NCBI GenBank assembly: GCA_041640455.1
Contig: JBEQAF010000041.1
Location: forward strand, 1-17,561
Direction: 5' to 3'
Length of the DNA stretch: 17,561 nucleotides
From: a bacterium
Lineage (GTDB): Bacteria > CALINM01
Part shown: positions 16,739 through 17,561 of the stretch, piece after piece
Layout of the letters: the number at the start of each line of letters is the position of its first letter
How positions within the stretch are numbered: the stretch's first letter is position 1
Translations under genes and position numbers: made by a program
The notes under the pieces: generated by a model
Database searches by the model: none
What the model saw: the letters and a program-made list of their open reading frames with translations, nothing else
Told to the model about the DNA's origin: nothing

Positions 16739-17561
16739 TCTTTCCTACTAACTGATCAAAGGCTTTTATAAGATCCTTAAGCTCGACTCTTTCCACAGTT
16801 CGTAAATCAATTATATTAAATCCTTCTTTCTGCCTGATGATTACAGCTGGATTCTGATCAAGAAAATGCCTTCTTATCTCTTCATCCTTTAAAATCTCCG
16901 TTCTAAATCTTATTACATATGTGGGCAGCTGTTTTGCGGGCAGACTGCCACCGCCGAAGGCTGAGTTATCCCTTGCAACTTCAATAAAAAGCTTATTTCC
17001 AGCCAGCTTCTTTAAGGCACCATATATATACTGAGCTTTCCTTTTAATCTCCTCCTGACTCTGCAATATGATCCGCAAAACAGGAACATAGTCATAGTTG
17101 CCACCTGATATATGAAAAAAAAGCCTTTCAAGATAATATATGGTAAACTTATCCGGTCTTATTGCCCTGTATAGGGGATGTTTTTTCATCTTTTCGAGAT
17201 AATCATCACTGGCTAAAATCACTCCTCCCTGACAGCCACCTAAAAGCTTGTCAGTACTGAAAGATAGAATTGTATTATCATCTTTAAAGTCGTTTATAAC
17301 TGGCTCCTGACTATCAAATTTTTTTATCAGCGGTAAGGCTCCGCTACCTATGTCATAATAGAAAGGTATCCCGTATCTTTTAGCCAGCTCAAGTAGCTTA
17401 CCTGTTTCTGGATCCTCTACAAAACCTTCTAAGCGGAAATTGCTTCTGTGAACCTTAAGTATGAGGGCTGTATTATCTGTTATGGCTTTCTCATAATCCT
17501 GAATTTTTGTTTTGTTTGTTGTGCCCACCTCTTTAAGAAAACAGCCCGACAGCTCCATTAC
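16731..17561 (-). CDS. selA: L-seryl-tRNA(Sec) selenium transferase (selenocysteine synthase), 5'-truncated by the window edge
   Basis: EVGTTNKT...DYEKAI, ILKVHRSNF, DIGSG, PLP-lysine motif SFSTDKLLGGCQGG, HPLYRAIRPDK, GGGSLP, DLRTV. The frame stays open to the window end. Confidence 0.96.
   Translation of the reverse strand, partial: VMELSGCFLKEVGTTNKTKIQDYEKAITDNTALILKVHRSNFRLEGFVEDPETGKLLELAKRYGIPFYYDIGSGALPLIKKFDSQEPVINDFKDDNTILSFSTDKLLGGCQGGVILASDDYLEKMKKHPLYRAIRPDKFTIYYLERLFFHISGGNYDYVPVLRIILQSQEEIKRKAQYIYGALKKLAGNKLFIEVARDNSAFGGGSLPAKQLPTYVIRFRTEILKDEEIRRHFLDQNPAVIIRQKEGFNIIDLRTVERVELKDLIKAFDQLVGKIS

Noticed and set aside
14110..17561. Integrative element or prophage at the tRNA-Gln 3' end
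   Set aside because: There is no integrase, I found no duplicated tRNA 3' end in the window, and the downstream genes are housekeeping or signalling genes of similar composition.
1..17561. CRISPR array, IS element, rRNA or riboswitch
   Set aside because: I saw no regularly spaced repeats, transposase motifs or terminal inverted repeats. The only intergenic gaps over 20 nt (about 70 and 95 nt) are accounted for by promoters.

Overview
An AT-rich bacterial chromosomal window. The gene content looks like an anaerobic deltaproteobacterium-type (Desulfobacterota-like) organism, but this is an inference only. It opens with the end of gatA and gatB. A sigma70-like promoter then precedes about 11.9 kb of nearly gap-free + strand genes: single-domain receiver, divergent GalT-family protein, USP, GAF-containing chemoreceptor, receiver fused to a degenerate histidine kinase, COG2509-type flavoprotein, YhaM-like HD nuclease, AI-2E transporter, AmmeMemoRadiSam radical SAM enzyme, endonuclease V split at an A10 run, rlpA, ispE and tRNA-Gln(UUG). 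The window ends with mobB (-), an orphan HAMP/PAS sensor kinase (+) and the 3' part of selA (-). I see no mobile element, CRISPR array or rRNA. The most notable points are: a REC-fused pseudo-histidine kinase within a compact possible signalling module; the ispE stop codon lying inside an atypical tRNA-Gln; the homopolymer frameshift in nfi; a G8 tract at the USP ribosome-binding site; and a probably leaderless kinase transcript. All calls come from recognising motifs by eye, with no database search.
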